A stretch of DNA of 64,000 nt from Penicillus capitatus (GCA_965649825.1 OZ287698.1:1441949-1505948), one strand, 5' to 3'. Positions 11,040 to 26,458 are shown, counted from the stretch's first letter. The notes: a model not told the origin generated them from the sequence alone. Numbers and translations: made by a program.

Positions 11040-14000
11040 ATGAACTCGTCGAAATCACAAAACTCTGAAGTGAAGGAGAGGTCGAGCGCGTCGTCGTCGA
11101 ATACGTTCTCTGTCTCTCTCGAGGAACTTAGAGAATTAAATCTCGTACGACGTTCTCTGTCCGAGGCAGCGGAATATATCTTCTTCGTTCGTAGGACAAG
11201 GAACTCAGTGCGATAAATCGAAAAGGAGGAGTTGCTGGCATCGCTGAAGCACTGCACGTAAACTTGTCGACGGGGCTGACCTCAGAAGAAAGTTCACAGT
11301 GGAGTATTGAGGCGCGTCACGAAGTGTTCGGCAGCAATGTGATGAAAGAAATATCCCCAAAAAATTTCTTCGCACTCGTTATGGAGCAATTAGAAGACCC
11401 AATTATCATACTGCTGATCCTGGCTGCCCTAGTACCTTACTGAATTAGGTGGGCTTCTGCGAGGAACTGCACTCTAGGCGAGTACGATACTTGGCGTCTC
11501 AATCAAGGAAGAACGGGAGGATGAAGGGTGGATTGATGGCGTGGCGATTTGGGTTGCCGTCTTTGTCGTCGCACTGGTCGGAGCCTTAAACGACTATCAA
11601 AAGGATCAGCAGTTTCGAAAGCTGAACGCCCAGAAAGAGGTCTTTGATGTCACCGTTATTCGAGATGGCACGGAATCGCTGGTCAAAAACTCGGATTTGG
11701 TGGTGGGCGATGTCCTCGTCCTCAACACTGGCGATCGGGTGACAGCTGACGGATTGCTTTTCCACAACAATGACCTCATCATCGACGAGGCGAGTCTGAC
11801 AGGAGAAAGCGAGCCTTTAAAAAAACGGGTAGACGGAGATCCCTTCTGTCGATCCGGAACACAGGTCACAGAGGGGAGTGGCCGTGTCTTGATTATTGCG
11901 GTTGGAGAACACAGCGAATGGGGACAAACATTAGCGCTGGTGACGGGGGATACAGAGGAGACGCCACTTCAGGAGAAGTTGGGAGATCTTGCTGCCGCCA
12001 TCGGCAAACTTGGTTTCTTTGTGGCAATTTGCTCCTTTGTGGTCTTGATGATTAGGTCCATCCACTCCTGTCTCTAACAGAGATACTGAATGGGCTGCGT
12101 TGTCAGATGGTGTGTGCAGGAGAAGGGTTTCCCGTTGGACAAGATCAACGATGATGGCCCTGTTCAGTTCTTTCTCTTTGCTGTTACTATCGTGGTCGTT
12201 GCGGTACCTGAGGGACTTCCACTGGCAGTGACCATTTCACTTGCGTACTCTATGCGCAAGATGATGAAGGATAATAACTTCGTGAGAGTGCTAGCAGCGT
12301 GCGAAACAATGGGCGGTTCGGATGATGATTTCCGGCAGATCTCCATTGAGTGCTTTCCGTAAATGTCTTTTAGGTGCAACGACGATCTGTTCGGATAAAA
12401 CGGGGACGCTTACGGAGAACCTTATGACTGTGGTGGGAGGTTGGTTTCAGGGGAAGACGCACTTAGTGACACCTCAGAGAAACCATTTGGCCGAGCACGT
12501 GCGACATCACATCGTTCTGAACGCGGCACTCAACTCTAAAGTCTGTGACCTGTCTATCAATTACGCATGCGATATCCCTACTGGCACTCAGGCTTTCCTT
12601 ATCGAAGAAGAGACCGGAAGAGTCACGTTTGTTGGGAATCGAACAGAATGTGCTCTGTTGATGATGATTCGAGAGTGGGATGAAAAGTATCAACAAATCC
12701 GGCAGCAGTACGAGAACAACATGATAAAGGTAGCTGACCTTCATGAGTGCCTTGCACCTGCCCGCGAGTCATGTCTCCTCAGGTTTACGGATTCAGTTCA
12801 GCAAAAAAGATGGCCAGCGTCATTGTCAGGGATAACGATGTCATGAAAATACTTAATAAGGTTCGGCACATAATCGGCACTTCTCTGTCTTTTTGCATGG
12901 ATGCATATGCGCAGGGCGCTGCGGAAATGGTCTTGGAACTGTGCACACACTACGTCAATGAAGATGGAGACATCCAAGAGATCACGCCAGAGTACAAGCA
13001 AGAAACAATGGAAAAGATTCAAAGTAGGCACAGCTTTGCATCAGAGTGTTCCTCATTTTGGTTCAAGCAATGGCATCTCGTGGACTGAGAACACTAGCGT
13101 TGGCCTATCAGGAATTGGAGGAGGGACGCTATAGCTTTGGCCCGGACGGAGAAGCTTTGGACGAACCCATTGATGGACTGTTTGGTTTCAAAGAAGCTCC
13201 CGAACACCATCTTATCCTCACGGCCATCGTTGGAATCAAGGCATGTACCATGGCAGCCGTATTCGTCTCAAGCATGTCTGGCGTCGCAGGATCCAGTCAG
13301 AAAAGAAGTGCCAGGTGCTGTGGACCAGTGCAAGAAGGCAGGCATTATGGTACGCATGGTGACGGGAGATAACATTCACACAGCGAAGCACATTGCACGA
13401 GAATGCGGCATCTACTCCAATGGTATTGCCTTGGAGGGACCACAGTTTCGTAGAATGGCAGAAACCAATAAAGAGGAATTGCTTCGAGACTTGCCTCGTC
13501 TGCAGGCAGGGCGCACTCCCTCTTCCATTCTTAATCTCCTCCTCATGTATGGTGGATGTTTAGGTGCTGGCAAGGTCAAGCCCAACAGACAAGCACACCC
13601 TCGTCAGCTTGTTACGTGGCCAGGGAGAAGTTGTGGCTGTAACTGGCGATGGCACTAACGACGCCCCTGCCTTGAAGGAATCTGATGTGGGATTGGCTAT
13701 GGGCATTGCCGGCACTGAGGTGGCGAAAGAAGCAGCAGATATCGTCATTCTGGATGACAACTTCTCCTCGATCGTCAAGGCTGTCCTGTGGGGGCGCTCT
13801 GTGTTCAACAACATCCGGAAATTTCTGCAATTTCAGCTGACGGTGAACGTTGTTGCTCTCATTGTGGCCTTCATTGCGGCGGTTGTGGGCGGCGAGACGC
13901 CACTCAATGTGTTGCAACTGCTCTGGGTCAATCTTATCATGGACACTCTGGCAGCGCTTGCCTTGGCAACAGAAAACCCAACCCCGGATCTGTTAGATCA

Positions 14001-14881
14001 CCAACCCTATGGCAGGAACGAACCGTTGATTAGTCCGACCATGTGGAAGCACATTCTGCTACAGTCGCTCTATCAGCTCCTGTTCATCTTCGTCATTCTC
14101 TATGCATTCCCTAATATGATTGATCGGTCTGTCTCTCAACTGTCTTTCTGAGTAAGACATCTGATGTGGGCGATAGATACAAGATTCCAAAGGAGGAAGA
14201 GTGGTACTACGATCACATCTGTTTTCCCAACGAGGACGGGCGTGATGCGCTCGAAGACTGTTCACAACTGTTCAGATGCAACCCCGATGAAGAGAAATGT
14301 TATCCATTGTCAGATGATTCGGATGTCGATCAGGGGCGCCTGGACTCTTTGAAAGATGACTACGAAGAGGAACACGATGACAGAGAAATGCGAAAAAACT
14401 CAATCATTTTCAACATCTTCATCTTCATGCAGGTCGGCCGATGATAAGCGGCATGAGTTCTCTTTTACGCTTTTGTGTGGACTAGGTCTTTAACGAGTTG
14501 AATGCGCGGAAGATCAATAATGAGTACAACATTTTTCACCAGATTTTCGACAGTCCGATCTTTATTTCTATATTCGTTGGAATTGCTGGCCTTCAAGTCT
14601 CTTCCAGAAGCAGTTGATTCGATTTGAGTGACTTTGTGTGACCTCCAGGTGATTATAATGATGACGCCAATGCGAGATTTCTTCAAAGTTGACAAACTCA
14701 CGAACATGGAATGGTTGCTGTCGATGATCATTGGTTTCGGCGTCGTGCCCTACAGTTGGCTCATTCGATTTATTCTAAGGTTCACTTTTTCTCACTCTTT
14801 CTTCTTGACGATATGGATTATAGATCCCGCGAGAAAGCCACAGACATCTCAATCCAAGCTCCGGCTGTTGATGGAGTTTGA
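11040..14881 (+). CDS. ACA: P2B-type Ca2+-transporting ATPase (ACA/PMCA-like)
   Basis: Motifs [43 protein letters not shown] and [11 protein letters not shown]. Fourteen short introns, two of them GC-AG. Confidence 0.96.
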
Positions 14882-16066
14882 TTCAGCCTTTCCACATGAC
14901 GTAGTAGGGTATTGTCGACGTTGTTAGGGCTGGTTCACTTTATGCTTCATGGACAGAACACCACAGCATTTAGCCATCAAAGTTCTTTCGAATTTAGAGT
15001 TTGCAAAACTCTATCGCCGATGCAACTCATGACAGTCATGCTTTGGGTTCTTACGTGTCGAAGAATTTGAATCGTTAAATCCGTCCTTCTACGTTGCATT
15101 ATATAATGATTCGTTTCTCTGCGTCCTACTCAATGAATGGTTCTCGGGTTGTTGGGCGTTCGACAGACGGCAAGCTCATAACGCCGCGCGTGGCCGTGAG
15201 TTCTTTGACATTCGGAGCATTTGTGGCATTTCATTTTCGTGCTCTTTATTAAAAAGTAAAACATAAAGGTGTAGCATCATAGTCAATAAAGCCGAACGGT
15301 GCATATGCATAAATGCGCCAAACGTGAAATGGCGGCCGTTTCTGAGTGGATACCGTTGCTAATCATCTCGTCCTTCCGTCTGACCCCCCCCCTTAATTTC
15401 TTTCCTCTGTACTCGTAATAAACTCAGGTACCTGCGAACCACTCAATGCATCTGCATATGTGCTCAGAATACGAGGTACCATTCAGAGCTGCGAAACGAA
15501 GCGATTGTCTACAATCTTCCATGTTAGACTTGTTGTGCGGTCCTCTTAGCTTATCGTTTTCGCGGAATGAAAACTCCATCCGACATCTCAGGGTCGATGC
15601 ACTAAACAGATGGTAAAGGAACGAGTGTGTGTGGGAAGCTATTGTCCGGAGGTGTCGTTCGTGAATGCTGAAGCTGTCTTGATGAATACTTAGTGACCTT
15701 TAAGGCGATCTGTTCGAACGTCGAGTTCACTGCGCGCACGGATCGATGGTTTGGCGAGCGACGTGGCTCGGCGGCTGTGCACTGTGTTCTGACTGATGTG
15801 ACGTCTGCCTGGAGGTCAAGTCTCTTCAGTCACCGTTCGACAACAGCAAAAGGGAAGGCAACCAGTCTCTCTTCGAGACAACGCTTTCTTCGAACCTTCG
15901 CGTCTGCGGCTCTTCGACCTGCACTTCATCAACCATCTATTGTTTTCCGTTTTATCGACCTTCGCCGATTTATGAGAGAGTTGTGTCGTTCTAAGTCGAG
16001 ATGATCTCATTAAACCTTCTCTCGCTGCAACACGGACACGTCTGTTTGCTATCTGTCCTAGATAAG

Positions 16067-17724
<1,658 letters not shown>

Positions 17725-17882
17725 TGGGCAACTCTCATCAGCTGAGCATCAACGGCATTCAATTGTGTACCAGCACTTTTCGTGAAGCTTGAAACCGATT
17801 TCATTTGGCGAGCACTCTTCTAAAAGAGCCGCCGTCCATTGAACAAGAAAACGCGTTTCTCTATTCGAACCCGGCGTAACCA

Positions 17883-19800
17883 ATGCTGCTGAAGCTCTTA
17901 TTGTTGGCGGTGCTCGCATTAGGCACCTCTCATGCTCAGGTCACACTCTTTTTTCTTCAAAAGTGTGAGACGTGTGCGGTCTAGTTCTTTGATGGCCTCT
18001 TGTCTGCTCATAATGATGACGGAAATCCCACAGCCTCAACAGGACAAAGCGTCTCTACACACGATGATGGTCTCTTTGCGCCTCTGATGTCTGGCAAGAG
18101 TGACCGAGAGCGTGCATTCTATGATATGCAACATGAGCTTCTACTTGGAAACAAGACATTGGGTCGGATGTTGGTGAAACTGAAAGAGACAGACACCGTA
18201 GATCGCGAAGAGGAAAGTCCTTTTCATCCATTCTTTCAGTGGGTTCTGCACGAGAAAGAATCCAAATTCGAAAAATTCCGCGAACTCAAAAGAGAAGGGC
18301 ACCGTAAGATGAAGGAGAAGATGGAGCAATGGAACATGACGGGCATCGTTTCAAACTTCTTCGGTGTGGAGACGGGTGTCACGATCTTGGACTTCAATAA
18401 CAGCGCACTCAGCATGCTCTCTGCCTGGTTTACTATTCTGGCCGATCCAGGTCACACTCGCCCGCAAAGGACTGTTTGGAATTAATCATATGCGACCATG
18501 GATGGTATTAGATGTGGAGTTTGCTGAGGTGGATATGGAGATGAAACTGTTTGGGACGTGTCGTCTAACAGAAGACTGGGGCTACCGTTATACAAGAGCA
18601 GACCAAGCGGTGACGTTGCTTGACATGTCTGCTGAAGAAGAGAACGCCGCATCGCCATCTAACGTCCTGGTGGCCGTCATCGACAGCGGTGTAGACTATG
18701 AGCATCCCTTGCTGCGTAACCGCATTTGGGTAAATGAAGCGGAACGGGATGGCATCCCAGGAGAGGATGACGATGGAAACGGTACCCCCTTACGCTGTCC
18801 TGAGGTGTGATGAGACGGCCAGCAGGTCTGGTGGACGATATCTATGGGTGGAGTTATGGGTCCAATACGAACGACGTGAGAGACAATGATGGACATGGGA
18901 CACATGTGGCAGGGATCATCGGTGCAGAGGCCACTTTTGATCCCGAGTTCTCAGGCGTGGCACCCAATGTGTTCATTTTGCCCTGTCGTTTTACCGATGA
19001 AGCGGATTCTGGATCGGTTTCGGCGGCCATTCAATGTATTGAGTATGCGCTCGAAATGGGAGTGGACATGATCTCCAATTCCTGGGGCGGTGCTGGAGTC
19101 AACTCTCTGGCACTGGAAGCAGCCATGAATCGTGCCAGCCAAAACGGAAAACTTCAGATCAATGCGGCGGGAAATGATGCCGTCAACAACGATGGATCTC
19201 CGGCAGACGCCACCTATCCTGCTTCCTATGACACAGACATCATCATCTCCGTCGCTGCCGTGGACAACGAAGGAAGGTCGGTCACTCTTTTTCAATGAGA
19301 TGTTCATCCAGAGTCTTTATGTAGATTGAGTGACGTATCGAACTATGGCTCAACGTCGACGGACATTGGCGCTCCTGGGGTCGCTATCTACAGCACTCGA
19401 CATGAAGGACAGTTCATCAAAATGAGTGGCACGAGTCAAGCCACTCCGTACGTAACAGCGGCCGCTGCTTTGTTGCTTGGATCTTGTCGTCAACAAGGGA
19501 AAAGGTATTTTGTCCTTTGCGCTCTTTCTTACTGATGATCATTTTATGCATAGCTGTACAGCTCTAGAGATAAAGGCGGCGTTGTTGGACGGGGCGCAGC
19601 GTAGTGAGGCCCTAGAAGGGCGTGTTCTATCGTCCGGTTTCCTCGATATTCCAAATGCGGCACGAATTCTCGGTCTTTCCAATTCTACTGCGACTGTTCG
19701 CAATGAGGACGACGTCTGCAGCGGGGCCACGTCGCATCCATCGTCCTTTATCTTGATGACGCTGACGGGTATCATCTTCTGGCTTTTTGTTATCCCGTAG
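17883..19800 (+). CDS. Secreted/membrane-anchored subtilisin-like serine protease (S8)
   Basis: Signal peptide; catalytic D (VIDSG), H (HGTHVAG) and S (SGTSQATP); oxyanion N (AAGN); C-terminal hydrophobic segment. Five GT-AG introns. Confidence 0.93.
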
Positions 19801-19832
19801 CGCTCTGATTGTATTATCCATTATTCGAGACG

Positions 19833-20648
19833 ATGTTTGTTTGCCATACACCTCCTTTTCGTGCACGCGGCCGTCGTGGACCCTGTCGCGGCTGGCGCAC
19901 CTGTCATGGACCGTACGGCGGCGGCTTCTCTATGCGCCATCACGGCTTCCCTCTTCACATTCACCCATGCGAAGGACGCTTCCGCCCCGTCGAGCTCTAC
20001 GACACCGAATTAGAAGACGTCGGCCATGAATACTCTTTCCGTCGCGCCATTCCTGGCATTCCACCAGAACAGCTTGAAATCGTCGTCGAAGGACCGATGT
20101 TGACAGTGAGGACGTTGACAGAGGTTCCCGGACAGCGCTTTGAGTGGCGTGTCGCGATTCCGGATGACGTGTCCAACGAATGCATTACGGCCGAAGTCAC
20201 AAACGGATTCCTCCACGTCCGCATGCCCAAGATGCTTCCTCGTGCCATTCCGGTATCCGTTTCCAATACCGACCAAGACTTGTGGAAGCTGGAGCACTGG
20301 GGGAGTGAGTACCGTTTGACGCATCCAGCCCCGGGCGTCCACCCCAACGATGTCGTCGTCAACGTCGAGGAAGGATTTATTTTTGTCAAAGTTCAAGGGC
20401 CCAATGCCCGTTTTTCGAGAGAAGTCAGTTTGCCGCCAGCTGTTGATGTCGATGCCATTATGGTAGACATCGAAAACGGACAATTGATCGTGACCCTGCC
20501 CAAGTATGAACGCGATGAGATTCGCGTTCACTGCGCCACAGAGAGGACTGTGAATGAGGCTGGACCGAGTGCTCCGCCTGACAACGACGCCATTTCTGAT
20601 GAAGAAGACGCTTTGTACGACGAGGCACGTCGCTATGAGGACCAGTGA
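19833..20648 (+). CDS. Small heat-shock-like protein with two tandem alpha-crystallin domains
   Basis: Intronless. IPGIPPEQLEIVVE..ITAEVTNGFLHVRMPK and APGVHPNDVVVNVE..IMVDIENGQLIVTLPK; acidic tail. Confidence 0.8.
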   Translation: MFVCHTPPFRARGRRGPCRGWRTCHGPYGGGFSMRHHGFPLHIHPCEGRFRPVELYDTELEDVGHEYSFRRAIPGIPPEQLEIVVEGPMLTVRTLTEVPGQRFEWRVAIPDDVSNECITAEVTNGFLHVRMPKMLPRAIPVSVSNTDQDLWKLEHWGSEYRLTHPAPGVHPNDVVVNVEEGFIFVKVQGPNARFSREVSLPPAVDVDAIMVDIENGQLIVTLPKYERDEIRVHCATERTVNEAGPSAPPDNDAISDEEDALYDEARRYEDQ

Positions 20649-21022
20649 GTGAAGAAGGACTGGGCCAACCGACGAAGCATCGATATCTGTGTCTTGGCTG
20701 TTTTATTTGATTACGACACCCCTCTGATACCCTGTTGGTTTGATGAATGTCCCATGGAGAAGATTAAACCCCCTTGGTTGGGAAAACAACAGAAACCATT
20801 GGCAGATGCCTCTAGGAATGACACGATGTAACCTGATTGTGTTTTAGTTGTACCTCGATGACTGTTCTTTCGCTATCGGCGATAAACGACTGGCGCTCGA
20901 TTGTCACGGAACGAATGGCGACGACATTTGATTCGGAATGGCGCCGATGAGTCGAGGCGAGATGATAGTGATCGTCTGTCCGCGTGACACATCGTTTTTA
21001 CAGTTCGATGGTGATTGTGTAT

Positions 21023-21930
21023 CTAAAGTCGAGGAAACTGCCTACCAGAAGGCGTGAGTCTTCGTAACTCTGCGGCCAGAAAAGCCACTGGCAAAAAAGA
21101 ACTCCACAATCTTCGGAAACTAAACCGCTTGTCGGAGGGATGTCCATGCCTTTCCCAAGCGCTCTTTGGCCTTTCGCCATGAAGATGTGAGATGAAAGTC
21201 ACGTTCAGCGTTGTAGAAAGCAAAAGCTGACGCGACACCAAAGAGCAGAAGTCGATTGTCTGGGACGATGGTCGAGCAAAATGACGCCGACATCCAAGAC
21301 TCCTTTCGTGGTGGATGCTCCCCCAACTCGGAGCGTTTCCAGATGGGACGAAAGAAACCCGCCGGCTCGTGGTCAGCATAGGAAGAAATGTTTGTCCATA
21401 CACCTCCAAGGCCTTCACAAACAGAGGTCACACTTTTCGCACATCCAGTCGAGTATGAGACCGTATAGCGCGGCATCAAAGCCGAATCGAAGGGTTCCGT
21501 TTGAGTCGAAGACGTGGTAGTGCGTAAGGCCAACCAAGCGCCTCTTGGTACTTTCTACCCAACCTAACAGACGGCCATCGCCGTGCGCTATCCATATCGT
21601 TCCATTTGTATCAGGCCCTCTGGTTAACAGCCCTTACTGAGACGAGACGGTGCGGAGAATGAACGCACTTAACAGTGAGGAAAGGGATTTCGAGCGGTTT
21701 TGCCTGTTCCGTTGATAGGATGGGCGGATAGACACCGAAGTTTGAAGATGTACCGCGGATGGAAAACAAAACGGGGTGGGATTCGACAAGACGCGTAGAA
21801 AAAACGGAATCCGTTCTTGACAGCGGACTTTGCAGCAGATAGACATGAATTCGACTGCTCCTGCTGGTGTCGCGCTGATGAAAGTCGACGTCAAAACGAA
21901 AGATAAAGTCCGTCGCCGCTGGAAAGAAAT
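21023..21930 (-). other. Possible divergent gene or pseudogene; structure unresolved
   Basis: Several overlapping minus-strand frames of 130 aa or more, one containing GTIWIAHGDGRLLGW (beta-propeller-like). No consistent spliced model was found. Confidence 0.25.
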
Positions 21931-24119
21931 CCATTCCGTTCGAGACGGTCGTTTGGGTGAGACATTTGGTGGACGACTCCTCCAAGTGACACGAAGAGAT
22001 TTCGCTCGAAGAAGCAGCCATTAAACATCGAGTTTCTGATCGGACGGATTTTTATAGAGAGCTAGCCTCGTGCGTGGAACCTTCCAACCATGTTCGGAAG
22101 GCAGTACAGCGCGCGGCGGAAACCGCGACGCATTCAAATCTAATACTTCCATACCACACTTGAGGTGACGTGCTTGACATCCTGCCATGAACTTATAGGC
22201 CTTCTCCTAAGGCTTAACCAGAAGAAAACGTCAAGCGTAGCATGATGTTAGGAAGAAAGAGTGAGAAAGTGTGACCGATCGGTTGACGAAGAGCTTGATG
22301 GGTTGGTTGACAAGATGAGATCGTTTCTTTGGCTCGGGGAGGAGTGAGTGATCTATCTGGTGAGAACGTTGCAGATCGCTGTTCTACCATTTGGCGAGGT
22401 GACAGCTTCCTATATGCGTTTAAGGACGTTTACTGCGTCTCTTTTACATTGCATGCTCTTCATTCTGTTCTGCGGAGAACGTATTGATTTTCTCTCTCCA
22501 TTTCAACGTCGAAGGATCACAGTTCAGAAAAGGCAGCGCGTGAGATAAGGTACAGGATCATCTTATCGTTGTGATCTCATTCTTGAGTGCATTTCGTCCG
22601 TGTCCCTTAGAAAGTGGACGACCCTCACGCAATTTGTCTGTTTACGACGTGGTCTTGTCTTAAAAACGTGCAGAAATTTGCTCCTGTGCTGATATCTCGC
22701 CCAAATGTTGTCTCGCCCGTGCGGCAAGTAAAAGCAGAAGAGTCACAATAAGATATGATCATTACCAGTGACTACTGCCTGACGGCTCCGAAATACGATC
22801 AGGCGAACACCGGATGATGCACTGCGTTAAGTACTGCTATGTAATCGTGTCATCGCAGCTGGTCACTTGTCCCAACATGCGGGTCGACCAATGGGCACTG
22901 TCGTGGCCATGTGCTACAGAAAGAGTGCACATGCGAGGCGTTGGTGGAATGCGGAAAGGGTTTCATAGACGGCACTGTCGGCATGACGTCGACCAAGCGT
23001 CACGCCTATACGAAGAACGGCGTTCTTGAAGTCGTTCTTTTTGCACGAGGCAGCGCGAGCATGAACCACGAGACGAAATCACCGTTCGTCTCCTTCGTTT
23101 CAAGATCTATAGCACTACAGCCGCCTTCAAGTCCTGTGCGAAGCGTTTTCCTGCCTCCACTTCTAACAGCTAATGTCGATAATGCCGCGGCGGCGCGGTT
23201 GGCGCGCAGCGGTGATGCTTGTCGATTGCTACCGCCCGATTAAACCACACACTGAATCTTTGGTTAAACCTTACACAAATGTTGTTATCAAGGTCTATGT
23301 TTTCGGCGACAAACTCGCGTTCTTAGATGTTCTATTTCACACGAGGCTGCGTCGAAGGAAGCTCTTCGTAACATTTCACCAGGCAACGTATGATGATCAC
23401 GGCGAGGTTCTTCACTTGCGATCGTTCAAACAGAATATGGCCCGTCTATCGCACGCACACACACATCGACAGTGGTTGAGTGGTCGAGAGGTCGAGAGAA
23501 AATGGAAGAGCGTACCTTGAGAGGTTCCGGAAGAAACGGCCAGAGATTACCCATAGCGATCGGTTTAAACTCGACCGCTTTGTTGTTAGATGAAAAATTC
23601 TCGGAAAAGAAGGCAAACTCGTCGGACGTCGTCCCGTGTTTGTAAATGATCTTGTTCCGCTACAAGAATTGGCGTTTGAAGCCGAACATCTCGATGCCGG
23701 GGAAAAGATCTCAACAATCCTCAGGAACACAATGTCAGCGATATCAATATGTGTTCGATGAACTTACGAGACGTTGCCGGACTTGCCGAAATAACAACGA
23801 GAAGCGGCATAGTTAACACCCATGCAAAACGAAGCTACGGCTTTGGACTCGATTGGAGTTTTTCCTTCCCAGCAGACAAGCCGGATCACTCCTTCTTCGT
23901 TTGGAGCCTCTTCTTCTCCGGATCTATATCTTGACAGTGGAGCATCTCGACTTCGGCTTCGATCTCCCGATAGCAGTGCCTTCCTGGTTGTGCCGGATCG
24001 TTCTACCGACAGAACGATCTGTATTTAATATAGGCCGCCGCTCAAAGACATATCCGCAGTTCTTTTGCTTCACAAGGACAGTATTAGTAATGGCGCTGTA
24101 GTATGCTTTCCGATTCGTA

Positions 24120-24480
24120 GGTCAAAAATACAAGCCATAAGATTGCACGCCACCAGAACAGTCCGCGCAACTCACGGTCCGTAGCGGAATACTTATCGCG
24201 ACGACGCGAACTTCCGCTTCGCTTTCGCCGTGTAAGGTGACTCACCTAATGTGACTCTGACATCAGAGATCGACGCGATCCGCGGAACACGACAGGACGT
24301 TGAGTGCAGCTCTAACTGGCAATAGTCGCACGTCAGCTCGGCCTCATCCGTCGCGACATCGCCGCAAGCGCAAGGATAGCACGGTTATTGTACGACTACG
24401 ATGACTAATGTCCTTACAAGTCGCGGTTGTAAGATGAGCGCATTACAGTCGAATCATAAGAAGATGTCCAAGAGGACCAC
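24120..24480 (+). repeat. Contiguous copy of the ~360-bp dispersed repeat
   Basis: Joins segments B (4500-4600) and A (1668-1983) in one piece. Contains internal inverted repeats CTCTGA-CA-TCAGAG and CTTACAA-N7-TTGTAAG. Confidence 0.88.
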
Positions 24481-25118
24481 CGCCATGTCGCTCTTACTCG
24501 TTTTCACCGCCATTCCGAATCCAGAGTCGGATATGCGACAGAGGCCATGGTGATTGCTGTGCCTAATAGATCAGCAAAGTCATCTCCCGCTCTGACATCA
24601 AGGTCTATGACCGACATTGTTTCGCCTTTATGATGAAGAGAAGAGTTCAGTTAGAACGATGCATCGGTTAGACCGACTTTTGTGGTCAATTGCAATGTAT
24701 GTGTTATGATAGCGCTTTCTGTTGTTATTTCATGACCTCGTTTTCAGTAATGTAGCTGTTATCTTTTTCATCATGAAATACTCTCCCTCGTCTCGAAGAG
24801 CTTTCGAATGTTGTCGCTTACTTTGCATTTCTAGCATCCATTCATTCTTGCAGTATCTTCTCAAAACGATGCACGGCAGAGAATGCACAGCGTACGATTG
24901 CAGCTGCTAGAGCACTGCAGATTTGCCCTTAACAAGTGTTGCCTTCGTTACATCACTTGTACGCACAAAAGTTCTCGCTGGTTTACACAGCCGATGGTGT
25001 GTATTGCCGATTGCAAAAAAGTACTTAAGAACACAAAAACTAGATACGGAATCATCCCTTCACTCACAATACCCGCCACATGTGAACTCAGAATCTGCAG
25101 AGTTGTGGAAACAGGAGT

Positions 25119-26373
25119 CTAGACATCGACAAGTGCGACATTGAAGCCCACAACGATACTTCCCGAGATCGTCACTCCTTTCTTCGGCTTCAGATCCGGA
25201 TCATTAGAAGGTCCCAGTTCCAAAGTGAGAGTAAAGTTCTCCTCTCCTTTCTGACAAACACCACCCATTGCCACCAAGGCACAACCTTCAGACAAAGAGA
25301 GATCGGCGATCACATGTCAGAATGAAAATCTCGTTACCCAAAAAATCGTCTGGAGAATTCGTGTCATGATCCCAGACATTGAACTCGATGACATCGTTGC
25401 TGGACTCGTTAGATTCGCCCAATTCGTACTTTGACATGTTCCATTTTGGCTCCAAACTTTTCATGATGACCTCCGAGACACAGCGGCGTCCTTTGTACTT
25501 TATCTCTACGAAGCAATCCGATGTTCGAGGTCCAAAATAGGGACGATCTGAAGCGGCCAAGTTCGTTCCTTCAACAGCCCATGTGTAAACTCTATATCTC
25601 TTTGCCAGAACAGCCGGCTCCAAAATGATCTGATCTAGCGACATGGTGTACACCACTTCCTTCACGGTACGCCCAGATGCCGTTTCCCCAAGGGCAGTAA
25701 ATTTCCACCAGGACCCCACACGCGTGAACACGCCCAAGATAGCAGCACTCGTATCAAAACTACGTGCCTTAAAGCACAGGAGATCGCGGGATTTTTTGTC
25801 CTCGTCATCCCAAGACAGTTTCATCATCATATCTGTCACATCACTCAATGTCTTGCCCTTTGAATAGACCGTAGCTACCACCAACAAGTGATAGACACTC
25901 GGCGGGACATTGTCAAAATCCACCTAGACACACACGAGGCATCGAAATGGTAGGGGAATCTATCCACAGCAGCACATACCAGCATCTCTTCATTGATATC
26001 CGTTCCTTCGAGGACCGTTCCATTGCGGTCATCGTTCAGATGCGTCGCCGAGACGTAGTGGCTTTTCTTCTTGTCCCACCACAAGACGTCCACGCATTTC
26101 ATGTCGACATTGTAGATAGCCAGAGACACGTCTATGTCGATGCCGTCTGCTTTCCAACCGCATCCAACCTTTCCGGTCTTGACACGCCCGTCGAGGAGAT
26201 ACGTATCGTTGGATTGCATTTCAACACAGCTCTCTAAGCTTCCTGCATTTTTCGGCAAATCAGGTTGCAAATGCACTGCGCACAAGAAAACGGATGAGAC
26301 GAATTTGTCTGTCGCTTAGGCACAGCGTACCCTTTGGTACCTCTTGTCCGTTTGCTTTCTCGGTTGTCGCCAT
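25119..26373 (-). CDS. TerD-like domain + C2 domain protein, paralog 1
   Basis: Three introns. GCGWKADGIDIDVSLAIY..DVLWWD..HLNDDRNG..EEML|VDFDNVPPSVYHLLVVATVYS..WWKFTALG is TerD-like. It is followed by a C2 domain (EGTNLAASD..SDCFV..WDHDTNSPDDFLG). Confidence 0.8.
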
Positions 26374-26458
26374 TGACGCCGCCGTCGATAAACGTGGAGA
26401 TCCAAAAATCGTTAGGTACTAATAAACAGAACAAACGGACCGATTCGACGTTCGCGTC

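Noticed and set aside
15600-16010. Small minus-strand ORF downstream of the aminotransferase as another cistron
   Set aside because: No recognisable domain and no unique splice model.
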